Shown here in pieces: positions 49,365 to 61,388 of a DNA stretch of 64,000 bases. The position numbers and the translations under genes are program-made. Source of the DNA: Octopus bimaculoides (taxonomy: Eukaryota); the NCBI RefSeq assembly GCF_001194135.2, contig NC_068987.1, forward strand, positions 15,826,538 to 15,890,537, given 5' to 3'. The notes under the pieces are model-generated. The model worked only from the letters and a program-made list of their open reading frames with translations. It made no database searches and was not told where the DNA came from. The stretch's first letter is position 1. The number at the start of each line of letters is the position of its first letter.

Positions 49365-52300
49365 GTAAGTTTACTCCCTATTATACATAGGCAAGGCTAT
49401 GTGATTAAGAAGCTCACTTTGTAACTACCTGGTTTTGGGTTCAGTCCCACTGCACAGCACTTTGAGGAAGTGTCTTTTACTATACCCCTGAGGTGACCAA
49501 TGCCTTGTGAATGAATTTGTTCAATGGAAAATGTGTAAAAGTCTGTTGTGGGAGTTTCTCTTTGCCAAAGCTTAACAACTGGGGTTGGTTTGTTTACATC
49601 CCCATAATTTAGCAGTTTGGTAAAAGAAACTGACAGAATTAATTCCAGGCTCAACAAATAAGTACTGAGGTTGATCTGTTTGACTAACCAACATCAAGAC
49701 AGTGCCCCGGCATAACCACAGTCCTATGACTGAAATAAGTAAATGATAAAAGAAAGATATTCTTATTTCATGTCACTCGCATTTTTATGTCAGCTTCTCC
49801 ACTTTTAGCATCAGTTGGACAGGAATCTTTTGAGCTACTGATTCCCAGCCAGCTGCCTCTTCTTTTGACCATAGGTTTATTTCGTAGGGGGTTGATCTGG
49901 GATTAAGCAACAGAATCAAATATAATGAGCCAGCATGGGATCCTGTGTCTGATAATTCAAACTGTTAGAAGTAGCAGTGCAGCCAAATTTCTCTTGATTT
50001 ACACACCACTGCCTTAACAATCGAAGGATTACATTGGATAAGGTAGCGTTGAGGCTGGAAATCCTCTCCTTGAAAATCTTCTCATTTAGGATCAGATCTT
50101 AGGATCAACAATAAGCTGCTGCTGCTACTATTGTCACTGTTGCTCTTGTCATCTTATCTCTTTGGTTTATCCGAAAATTATTTTACTAATTCTCAATAAG
50201 ATGAGCAACTTTAAGACCATCTGTATGTGGAGGGAGTGGGGTGAAGGTGAGGTGGTGTGGTTAAGATGTTCGCTCCCTAATGACATAGTTCTGGATTTAG
50301 TACCACTGTGTGGAATCTTGGGCATCTACTAAAGCTTTAGACCAACAAAAGCCTTGTTTGTGGATATGATTGATGGAAACTGAATGACGCCTTTCATCGT
50401 ATGTGTTACTCCTTGACATTTGCATAATAGTTGTAAAAGTGTCACCATGATACAAGTGAAGCTCTTCATTTCCAGTCGTCTGAAAATGTTTGGTCATGGG
50501 GAAACATCTTACTTGGAAACGGGTATAGGTTGGTGACTTGAATAAATTCCATCTGATCCATACAAGCATGAAAAAGTGGATGCTAAAAGGATGAAATATA
50601 TACATACACACAATCTCTTAATGTAAATAAATTGGAATTCATCTTCATCATCATCATTGTTTAACGTCCGCCTTCCATGCTAGCATGGGTTGGACGATTT
50701 GACTGAGGACTGGTGAAACCGGATGGCAACACCAGGCTCCAATCTAATTTGGCAGAGTTTCTACAGCTGGATGCCCTTCCTAACGCCAACCACTCAGAGA
50801 GTGTAGTGGGTGCTTTTACGTGTCACCCGCACGAAAACGGCCACGCTCGAAATGGTGTCTTTTATGTGCCACCCGCACAAGAGCCAGTCCAGGGGCAACG
50901 GCAATTAAATTTGTAAAAGTAATTAGTGTAAATGCTACTGAGCTTTGACTAAACAAAACACAGTATTATTTTTTCTGGATGTTTTTTTCTATGATGAAAT
51001 TTTTTTTGTCTATGTTAATTTATTTCATCAACGGGCTCCCCTAGTGATATTTGAACTAGAATCGGACTGAATTAGGTAGCTGCTGAAAAACATCTGGTCT
51101 CTGTCTGTCTCTCACTCAACATTGGAGATATTTTAACCATTTCAAGTGTGTGTGTGTGTGTTAAAGAGATAGAAGTTGGTTGTAGTGAAGGTGTCCTCCA
51201 AAATATATGGTGGTGGTTGCTGTTTAAACCCAGGTGAACTTGGGTTGAACTCCTATGACTGAAGGCATTTCAGCCTTAACCATCTCTTCTATTTTCAGGC
51301 ATGATCTACCCTGGTCTAGTTTATCAAATGCATCTCTGCTGTGATGTTGTGGGTGGTTTGGTTGCCAATTATAACAAGCGTAGGAAGCACACAGAAATTG
51401 TCAGTTGTCATTTCACAAATGCTTATAGTATGTGCTAATAGAAAACTAGTGTTTCTTTTCAAATGTTTGACAAAATTCGGTTGAAAAACTAATTAGTTCA
51501 AGCTAAACTATTAACTACTTAGGAAATAGCTTCCACCAATTACCCCTTCATATTTTTATAACATCTACACCAGCCAATGGTGGTACCTCTATGTAGTCAC
51601 TGACCTGCCAGAAATGGCAACCAAAATTCTCATGTGATACACTAGCATCTTAAAAATGTAAGGATACTTATAAATCCAGGATTATGTAGTTCTGAATACA
51701 TTAGACTTGAAACAAAGGTCAGATGGTCTGGGGCTAAATAAAAATATTTATATTCAGATCTCTATTGTTTTCACTATCAAAGCTGTACTATATTAAAATT
51801 TCTGCTCTTCTGCCTTTTATTTACCAGAAGGCTGGAGTCATTCAACTTACATCACATGACAAAATTGTAATGTGGTAATGACTGAATAGATAGCGGATGG
51901 CTTCCTCAGCCATCTGTTATGTACTAGTTTTATCCTGGGAGATCTTTGTTCCTAAACCCACTCTACATTACAGAACTTTGAGCTGAGTACCAAATTAAGT
52001 ACCATTTGTTCAGAGCCAATGAGGTACCTGCTGTGCTCGGCACACTAGAAAGAACAGCCAAATCTCCCTCAAATCACATACCATTGTTTTGAAGTAGGAT
52101 TGATAATAGTGAAATATTACTTTACTTGGAAACGAGTGATGATTGGCAACAGGAAGGGCATCCAGCCATAGGCAATCTACCTCAGTGAATTCTGCCTGAC
52201 CCATGCAAACATAGAAAAATGGACAACATTAGGATAGAATTGTGTGTGTGTTGCACTATTGTCTGAGAAGATTGAATATTATTGCTGAAAGCTATCTGTT

Positions 52301-53789
52301 CAGTCAGGGATGATTTGATAAAGCTGTAAAACATCTGATCCAGCTTATGTCTTTCTTTCTTTCTTTTTTTTTTTTTTAAGGTATTTCAATATTATTTGAG
52401 AGGGAAAGGGAACAGGTTGTTATTGTGAAAAAGCTAATGCTTAAGTGTTGTTGTTTAACTCCAGGTCACCAGCAACTCTAGGATAGAAAACCTACTCTGA
52501 CAAATTCCATCTGATCCATGGGAAAATGGATGTTGAAATGTTTAATTTCATGTAGTGCTGTGTTTTTAATTTTGTGCATTGTTTTGAAGATGGTTATGAT
52601 GACTTACCTTCTGGTTTTTTGAAATCTTTGTTTCCAGTTGTGCATTTTTGGTTTGGAACGAGGAAATTTTGTGGACTATGTTGAGAAAAATACTATATCA
52701 TTGAAGCACCTATTTCTGAAAGACTGGGAACCTGCCTATGAAACCCTTCCTTACCCGCCTGCAACTGGTACATATGCTGTCTATGAGATCAGTTCTGTTT
52801 TTGAACATATTGATTTTGTATCAAATCAGGTAAGTTACTAATTTGTGTGTTAGAGAGAGAATGTAATATTTGTGACGCCTTGGGAAAATGTCTCCTACTA
52901 TAATCCGAAACCAACCATACCTTTGTGAATAGATGTGGTAGATGGAAATGGATAGAACCCCATTGTGTGTAATGCCATTTAACATCCATTTTCCATGCTG
53001 GCTTGGGTTAGATGGTTTGACCAGAGCTGCACCAGGCCCCTGTCAGCTGTTTTGGCTTGGTTTCTATGGCTGGATACTCTTCCTAACACCAATCACTTTA
53101 TAGAACATACTGGGTGCCTTATATATATAGTCATTAGACTACACCCATGCTGGGACACCACTTAGAAGAAATTTTAGTCCAATGAATCGACCCCAGTTCT
53201 TATTTTTTTAAAGCCTGGTACTTATTCTATTGGCTTCCTTTGCTGAACCACTAAGATAAATGTGAGATGCTTATGGCACTTTGGTTTCCCAAGCAGACAC
53301 CTACCTAAATACTATCTAGGCTCGACATTGATTACCTTTGATTATCGGACGAGAACCAGTATATTCAGTGTAATGTAACTGTAATATATAAAATACTCAC
53401 CTTCTACAGTAAAGTCAGCAGATCCTCAAATGGCTGTCAAACTACCCATGTTAAGACTGCTGTATCAGCAGTAAGACTGCCTTTTTTTTTTTTTTTGTTA
53501 CAGTTTCTGTCTACAATATTTCACTCAAGACATTGGTCAGCCTAAGTCTATGGTAGAAGACACATGATGGAGCTGCATCATGAGATTGAACCCAGAATTA
53601 AATAGTCACAAAGCTAATTTCTCACCCACATAGCCAGGCCGAGAAATTGTAATTTGATGCAAGAAGTAGCTGCTTTTTCTAGCAAGTTATGTGATCATAT
53701 AGAGGCTTTATCATTAGCTAAGTCTGATACACAATATACTGCTGTTCAGCAAGTAATGTAGAATTAAACTGTGTTTAACACATCAAACT

Positions 53790-53845
<56 letters not shown>

Positions 53846-56795
53846 CTTATTACAGTACAGTAAAATGAATCACATAGCAATTGGAGGATACCATTTCTGG
53901 AACCACAATGCTTCTACAATTCCAACTGTTTCAATGTGCAAAACTAATTATTATTCTGGATCTTATTTTCCCAATGGAACATTTATTTTCAACCCAAGAT
54001 TAATTCGCAGTAAGTGTTCCATCAGAATTACCTTTAATTTTTTTAAACTTTTCCCGTTTGTTAAAAATGTTTTTTTTTTCTTATATCTTTTCTCTTATGT
54101 AGACACAGGTGTTGCTGTGTGGTTAAATTTGCTTTCCAACTGCACCTTCTCCTTGACTTACGAGCAAGTTCCGTTCCAACTGACAGGTCATAAGTTAATC
54201 CGGTCGTATGTTGGATTTATATTTTTCAACACCACTTTCATTTAAATGCAACTGAGTGAGACAGTGACAGGCAGTGAATACCTGGGTCTGAGGGAGGCTT
54301 GCATTGTCAGATACTGCCATAGTTATCATACACACAGTCCAATGCCCAATGTCCAAAAATCTTTAAACTTATTTTAAGCTTCTTATCTATTTTTGTGGTT
54401 GTAAGTGTGGATGGTCGTCAGTTATATAGGCCATAAGTCAAGAAGGTGTGCATAGTTTCAGGTTCAGTCCCACTGTGTGACACCTTGGGCAAATGTCTTC
54501 TGTAGCTGGAGGCTGATCAAAACCTTGTGAGTGGATTTGGTGGATGAAAACTGAAGGAAGCCTGTGTGTGTGTGTATGTGTGTGTCTTTGTCATGACATC
54601 ATGTAATAATTGTAAATGTGTGTCACTGTCACACAAGCAGTGTAATTTATTTCCAATATTTTGCAAAAACCTGTCTTGCCATGGAGAAATATTACCTTGC
54701 TTGGAAACAGGTAAGGGTTGGTGACAGGAAGGGCATCTCCTTCTAGAAAAGCTGCCTGGACAGATTCTGTGTGACCCATGTAAGCATGGGAAGTGGATGT
54801 TAAACAATGAGTGATGAGTAAACTTGCAGTGATGCAGAAAGTTTTAGATTAATCTGTTTACAAATTACCTTCAGACAATATTTAAATTTGAATAAGCATT
54901 CCCTGCTATTGCAATTGAACATATAAGATCATAACCTAGTAAACTAAATCTATCTTCCAAAAATATTCAATGTTTGTGATTTACACCTTCCTACCCTGTA
55001 AAGGCTTTTGGTAATTTCTGTGATTTTACAATTTAAAGCAAATTATTCCCTGTATGTTATTGTACATCTGCTTAGTGGTTTTCTTACGACTACTTCAGCA
55101 AGTATTTGAGAAATCTATGCTTCACAGAGGAGGTCTAATAAGATTGAAACTTGTTGAAAGTTGTCTCCCATATTTCCCATACTTGGCTGAATGCTTAATG
55201 TAATATTGTATAATATTGGCCATTGAGCTAATATTTGCTTTTCCTCACCACATTATAGCCTCAGGCTAACCATTATGTTTTATCAGCTTTTGATAATCAC
55301 TGTATTAAATATGTTAATACCATCACCTGGCACCTTGGGTGCTTTTAGCACAGTCCACTTTATTGCAGGCATTTGTCTAGGTTTTTGGTTTAAAGATACC
55401 TCCTTCCCACCAAGTCTCTGGTATATTCTTCAATTCATGAGCAATCTTGATTTAATGAGAAACAATGGATGGTTTTTTTTTCTTTATATGGCTGACATCT
55501 CAAAGTAATTTCCCTCTGATTTAAAAAAAAAATTTCGAAATTTTAAACCTCTTGTATTGATTACACTTATCTACTTTATTTTCAGCATGTGCTAATGTAA
55601 CACAAGTTGATTTTGGAAATGGAACGGTGAAGTTTGATTTTAAAGAATTTCTGAAACGAAAGAATATTCGTTTAAGCTTGGATCGGTGAGGTTCCTTCTT
55701 TTTGAAAATATATAAAAAAAAAAAAAATTCTAAACCAAAATTTTATTTCAACCTTCTACATAAATATAATGCACTGGTGCCATGTAAAAAGCACTTAGTT
55801 CACTCTGCAGACATTGAAGCATGGTGCGGTCTTCTACCTGGCCAGCTCCTATCAAACTATTCAACCCATGCCAGCATGGAAAGTGGACATTAAATGATGG
55901 TATATGAAATCTGTTCTTGCTGGTCTGATTCAGACTCGAGTTCCTTCGGTGCACCTCTTATATTAATCGATCTTTATGGAAATGTACTTCCATCAGAAAT
56001 ATTCCAAAGTTCAGGCATGGCTGTATACACTTATTCTTTTACTTGTTTGTCATTTGACTGCGGCCATGCTGGAGCACTGCCTTTAGTCGAGCAAATCGAC
56101 CCCAGGACTTATTCTTTGTAAGCCTAGTACTTATTCTATCGGTCTCTTTTGCTGAACCTCTAAGTTACGGGGACGTAAACACACCAGTATCGATTGTCAA
56201 GCGATGTTGGGAGGACAAACACACAATATATATATATACATATATACGACGGGCTTCTTTCAGTTTCCGTCTACCAAATCCACTCACAAGGCTTTGGTCG
56301 GCCCAAGGTTATAGTAGAAGACACTTGCCCAAAGTGCCACGCAGTAGGACTGAACCCGGAACCATGTGGCTGGTAAGCAAGCTACTTACCACACAGCCAC
56401 TCCTGCGCCTGTCTAGTTTTACTCTTTATTTTTCTTTTATTCCTTATAAACTGAATTTCCCTGTGTAGTACTTTCATACACAATCACTTTGTCTCTAATG
56501 GAAAACCCAGTGTATGGACATGCTAGCCCATCACTTGGGATATCCCAGAAACAGCTGTAATACTTCAAATTAACCTTGCCCTAATTGAATTATTATAAAT
56601 GATTTGTGATACTCGTCCTTTCTGGGTTTTGATGTCCTTTTCCTCTAATGCATACCTGCTAACTTGGAAGCCAAATATGGATTCCTAGGTCCAGCCTCAG
56701 CTGTGAACTTGGAACCTGACGGATGACCAATTATAGCACTTACTCAGTATACCTATTTGTTTAGATTAGCAGTGAACTAAACCCTTCATATCCTT

Positions 56796-56887
<92 letters not shown>

Positions 56888-59800
56888 GAGATTCTTTCAG
56901 CATACATCTACCAAATCCACTCATAAGGTTTTGATCAACCTTAAGGCTGTAGTAGAAGACACTTGCCCAAAGTGCCATTTAGTGGGACCGAACTCAAAAT
57001 CACGTGATTACAAAGCAAATTTCTTAACCATTCAGCCATAAGTTTACTGTCACTGGTTTCAGTATTTGGACTGTGGCCATGCTCGGTCACCACCTTGCCA
57101 CACGCTTCAAAAAACCACTGGCTTGGACAGTTCTTTTATGCTAGTGTTTAAATGTGTAAGAATCTTCTCTTTCATTGTAACTGAGGAAAATGGTATAAAG
57201 ATAAAGGAGAAAATAGTTTGATGTATTTTCTCTTCATATTTTGCATATTTTTCAATGTGATAAGCTGACTGACTTTGTACTTTACTTGTGACTGTTGTTT
57301 TATTTTCTAGATTATTGAAAATTGAACTCAACTTCTTGGTGCATACAGTGCGTCTTGAGCTAGATGTTCCTCACCGATGTCCTATCTGTTTTCTGATGAA
57401 TGTTTCAGTGAGTTATCGTTTTAATTTATTTATGTTCACATATATTATGTTATAAAATGTTTTGGTACTATTTTTCATCAATTTTCCAGTTTGTTTCCCC
57501 CTGCCACTATGTTGATACCTTGGGCAGGTGTCTTCTATTATTATAGCCCCAGGCCAACCTAAACCTTGTGAGTGGATTTGGTAGATGGAAACTGAAAGAA
57601 ATCAATCCATTGTGTGTGAGATTTGGCACTGCATGATAGTTGTAAACAGCATCAGTAATACAAGCTGTGCTCATGCTCAATCACAGCCAACTTGGGTCTA
57701 AACAATAGCAGCAACCCTGGCTGATTAGACAAAAGCAATTGGGGTTTTATATACACACACACACACCGCACACGCCTGTGTACGCACACACACACACGCA
57801 CCCTTCTCCAGCTGTATAACCATAAATATTTTGTAGATATAAAAGTGATTGTTGAAAGTTTGCTCCATGAATTATCTGCTTTTAATTTCTTTTTAAATAT
57901 CCAATATTTCATAAATATGTTCCTGTTCTATATTTCCATTGTTTAGATGTTAAGTACTCTATTGTGAATTGTTGCTGTATGAGCACATTCACCTATAAGT
58001 AGAAGTCATTAATTTCCCCCACTTAAATTAACTTGAGGCTGTAGAATAATGTCCTTTATTTAAGCATAGAATGCAAGGGTTAAGCTTTTAGCTTGTGGCT
58101 GTGTGTAGATAGTTTCTCATAAGTTTATGGATTTTTAAATATTTTTACATGCTTAAATGCTGAACCAGTTACATGACGTGTTTGTAGATACTACAATGAA
58201 TGTATCTAGATAGGTATTGGCAAATGTGTTTTGCCAAAGAGTACTAAACCAGTACTAAATGTCCTCATTGGACATGACCAACCATGGAGTAGTTTCCTTT
58301 TAATATATAATTTACCTGTTCCCATGTTTTTTCTTTAATTTTCTTTGAACAGATTACATTTGACAATAGTGATCGCAATGGGCAAATGCTGGTGTTTCTC
58401 AATCCAAACATTTCTGAAATAGGATGCCGTGGATCAATAATAGGTGAGTAACAGTGTTTTCAGAAGAGGTTGCATCAAAGGAATATGTTGGACTGTTAAT
58501 AACCAAGTCATTAAATCTATTCATTGATACTATACTGTGCTTTCTTGATAAAACCCAGCAATAGCTTCAAACTGCTTGAGGGACTGTCACATATATAGAT
58601 CAAGATGTATTGGGGCTGTTGCTAGGGTAACAGAGCTAAAGTATGTACAGCAAAGCCACTTGGCACAGATTGACCTTGAATTGTTATTCATGTAGACTGT
58701 TATAACATTCTCGCTCACTTCCATTATTCACAGTAGTGCTTGGAAGTGGAAGTAGTGTGGTCTTCTCAAAAAGATTGGGTTTCAGCTGCACAGGATCTCA
58801 TTGATTGTGTTGAGGAAGATGGAAACTTTCATTTTTGAAAATGGGTGACAGATTGTGCCTCTATTACTGTGACCCCGAAACCAAGGTTCAGTCTTTGCCT
58901 TGGAAGACCTACAACAAGATTTCAAGACGTTGAGGAAATCTAAAAGAATGTGATGAGGCTGCTGCTCTCTAATCCAAAAAGGAGTTCCAGGAATGCTTCC
59001 ATCAATGGAAACAATGCTGGATAAAGTTTCTTTAGAAGGAAATAACTTTGAAGAAGATGAAATGCTAACTTGATATGTATTGTGGTTTTCTTTTTATTGC
59101 ACCAGTTCCAATACATTTTGATCTGACCTTTGTGTGTCAATAAATTGGTCACTTCAGCCAAGTTTTTCTCATTTGAATAGCTTGACATATAGTATATATA
59201 AAGAGAAAAAAAACATGATGATGATGGCCTGGAATTAGAAAATTTAGGGAACCGAAGGCCATTGTATAAAAGACAACCTGGTTGTTTTCCTCCCCCCTCT
59301 CTCTTTTTTTTTTATAAGCTGTCTTCCTTGTAGAAAGATTCATGTAAAAGCCAAACATATATAGATAAGTTTGTTCTGCAGTTCAGCAACACGTTAGCAT
59401 AATCTAAAAAGTAAACTGAAAAATAAGGCTATATTGTTATCACTGAGATTGTTTTATTGTCTCTTTCTTCAGGCTTAAATGAAACAGAAAAGAAGAGAGT
59501 CCAGACAGCCTTTGATATTTTTATCATAATTGTCAGCACAATGTCAAGTATTCTTTGCTTAAGGTCAATATGGCGAGCTCAAAGTTTAAAAAAGGTAAGT
59601 GAATAGTTATTGTGTAGTTATGCATGTGTTTAGCTCCTTTTCTCTCTCTCATCAAATGAATTTTTTTAATGTTTTGTTTTGTAGATATTGCTCTGGACTT
59701 ATAATATTGGTTTCAAATTTTTGCATATCACCAACAATTTCCAGAGAGGGATCAATTATATCAACCCCGAAAGGATGAAAGGCAAAGTCGATCCTGGGAA

Positions 59801-60527
59801 AATTTGAATGCAGAATATGGATGAAATGCTGCTAAGCATTTTTCCCAGCAGGCTAACAATTCTGCCAGCTCACTGCCTTCTGGGACTTATGCTGTTTTAA
59901 CTAATATGATTTTGTATCAATACTTAGCCACTTTAAGGCAGCAAGCTGGCAGAAACATTAGACGAATTCCTGCTAAGCATTTCGCTCAGCATGCTGTCTT
60001 TACATTTTGACTTCAAATTCTGCCAAAGCCAACTTTGCCTTTCATCCTTTCAGGGTCGATAAATTAAGTACCAGTTGCATACTGGGGTAAATCGAATCGA
60101 CTGGCTCCCTCCCCAAAAATTTCAGGCCTTGTGCCTTGAGTAGTAAAGAATATTTATCCACTTTGTAAGGTGGAAAGCTAGTGGAACTGCTAGCATATGG
60201 GGTAAAATGCTTAGTTCAAATCCTATCAAGGCCAACTCTGACTTGGCTTTTGAGCTTTTGGAATCAGTAAAATGACTGAGCACCAGGGTTAGTGTAATCA
60301 ACTTACCCCCTCCCCTGGTATTGCCGACCTTTATAACCAAAATTTGAAACCTACATTCATCAATATTTACCTGGAGACACTTTTAAAGCTAATGTAGGCT
60401 CAAAAAGATTTGGGATGTATTCATAGGCGTCAGGATTATGCAGATTGCCCCCCCCCCCCAAATGCAGAAGGGGCGAAGTTGTTGAGAGAGAGAAATGCTG
60501 TGTGTGTGGGTGTGTGCGTGTGTGTGG

Positions 60528-60558
<31 letters not shown>

Positions 60559-61388
60559 TGCGTGCGTGTGCAAGAAAGAAATGTAGGTAGTGTTGTCACC
60601 ATAGTAATAAGTTTTGGTTAAAAATGCAGGGGTTTTTAAAGTACAAATCTTTCAATACTATACAAACTTCAAAAGAAGGTTATATATATATGTATGTATA
60701 ACATATGTATAGTTATTTTTTTTCTTTCTGTATTTCTGTGTCTTTCAACATATAGACAATGTAACAGATTTTCTAAAAAGACTTACCCCTTTGAACAATT
60801 TACCAACAGGTAGTGACAGGCAACAACCAAGTACAACATAAAAACTAGTTGAGGTTTTGAAATTCTGTTGCTACCACTATGAATGTGAAGATTATAGTTT
60901 AGAAAATTGTGCATTCAGTGCACATTTTTCTTAAAATGCAAACAATGAGAGAATTTGAACAAACCCTGTTTCAAATTCCAGGTCAAGTGCTTTATTCATC
61001 CACTTGTCATTCATACAAAGCAGTTGTGTTTTTTTTTGTTTTTTGTCTTTCTTTCCACCTATTTCTTCGCAATACTTTTTCAGTATAAGAAAAAAATGAT
61101 ACTGTTTACTCATTTGATATTTGTTCATTTATTTTCTGTGGAGTGTGTGTGAGTGCATTGAAATTTCAATCATAACAATTTGTTTTGTGTTTTTGTTCAA
61201 TTGTTTGACTTATTACTTTTGTTTCATTTACACAAAAGGAAACTGCCAAATTTTTCAAGAATCATTTTCGGAAAGTATTAGAGTGGTATGACCGCTTGGA
61301 ATTTCTGAACATGTGGTTTATCCTCATTGTTATAAATGACTGCCTTACCATTGTTGGATCTTGTTTTAAAATCAAAATAGAAACTCGA
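49134..61388 (+). CDS. TRPML: Mucolipin / TRPML cation channel, 5'-central part (8 exons: 49134-49364, 52638-52829, 53856-54009, 55586-55685, 57311-57407, 58353-58443, 59473-59594, 61239-61388); continues beyond window
   Basis: Spliced frame stays open across all 8 exons. It reads MAGNIG...[40 protein letters not shown]|LCIFG...YPPATGTYAVY...|...ITFDN...|...AFDIFIIIVSTMSSILCLRSIWRA...|...RLEFLNMWFILIVINDCLTIVGSCFKIKIETR. These are the mucolipin RRRLK, S1, luminal domain, S2 and S3 motifs. All introns are GT-AG. Confidence 0.96.
49389..49755 (+). mobile_element. SINE family B starting ~25 nt after a TRPML donor site
   Basis: gctatgtgattaagaagctc...ttcagtcccactgc...gtgtctttt...ataagtactgaggttgat...gactgaaataagtaaa. 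Confidence 0.8.
50420..50905. mobile_element. Two RTE-type tails tail-to-tail (+ ~50420-50600; - ~50640-50905)
   Basis: gcatggaaaagtggatg-type end on +; catcattgtttaacgtccgccttccatgctagcatgggttggacg on minus. Confidence 0.7.
52638..52829 (+). CDS. TRPML: TRPML exon (192 nt): end of S1 and luminal pore loop
   Basis: tttccag| acceptor; LCIFGLERGNFVDYVEKNTISLKHLFLKDWEPAYETLPYPPATGTYAVYEISSVFEHIDFVSNQ; CAG|GTAAGT; phase 0-0. Confidence 0.95.
53856..54009 (+). CDS. TRPML: TRPML exon (154 nt): luminal domain
   Basis: Poly-T tract then tacag|; YSKMNHIAIGGYHFWNHNASTIPTVSMCKTNYYSGSYFPNGTFIFNPRLIR; A|GTAAGT; phase 0-1. Confidence 0.92.
55586..55685 (+). CDS. TRPML: TRPML exon (100 nt): luminal domain
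   Basis: tttattttcag|; TCANVTQVDFGNGTVKFDFKEFLKRKNIRLSLDR; CG|GTGAGG; phase 1-2. Confidence 0.88.
56031..56410 (-). mobile_element. SINE family B, full length, CpG-retaining
   Basis: aggcgcaggagtggctgtgtggtaagtagcttgc head on minus strand; matches 46660-47074. Confidence 0.93.
57311..57407 (+). CDS. TRPML: TRPML exon (97 nt): luminal domain; absent from the ORF track
   Basis: tattttctag|; (R)LLKIELNFLVHTVRLELDVPHRCPICFLMNVS; TCA|GTGAGT; phase 2-0, exactly bridging the neighbouring exons. Confidence 0.9.
58353..58443 (+). CDS. TRPML: TRPML exon (91 nt): ITFDN segment
   Basis: ttctttgaacag|; ITFDNSDRNGQMLVFLNPNISEIGCRGSII; G|GTGAGT; phase 0-1. Confidence 0.93.
58465..59135 (+). mobile_element. 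Mariner transposon relic with internal deletion
   Basis: LYYCDPETKVQSLPWK, RFQDVEEI*, EFQECFHQWKQCWIK, EGNNFEED; right TIR-like ccagttccaatacattttgatctgacc; degenerate left TIR. Confidence 0.7.
59473..59594 (+). CDS. TRPML: TRPML exon (122 nt): S2
   Basis: ctctttcttcag|; GLNETEKKRVQTAFDIFIIIVSTMSSILCLRSIWRAQSLKK; AAG|GTAAGT; phase 1-0. Confidence 0.94.
59700..60150. mobile_element. Head-to-head SINE A pair (- ~59700-59879; + ~59935-60150)
   Basis: Family A core on both strands ~55 bp apart; the + copy has a 34 bp internal inversion. Confidence 0.82.
61239..61388 (+). CDS. TRPML: TRPML exon (150 nt): S2-S3 linker and S3
   Basis: cacaaaag|; ETAKFFKNHFRKVLEWYDRLEFLNMWFILIVINDCLTIVGSCFKIKIETR; CGA|GTAAGT; phase 0-0. 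Confidence 0.94.
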
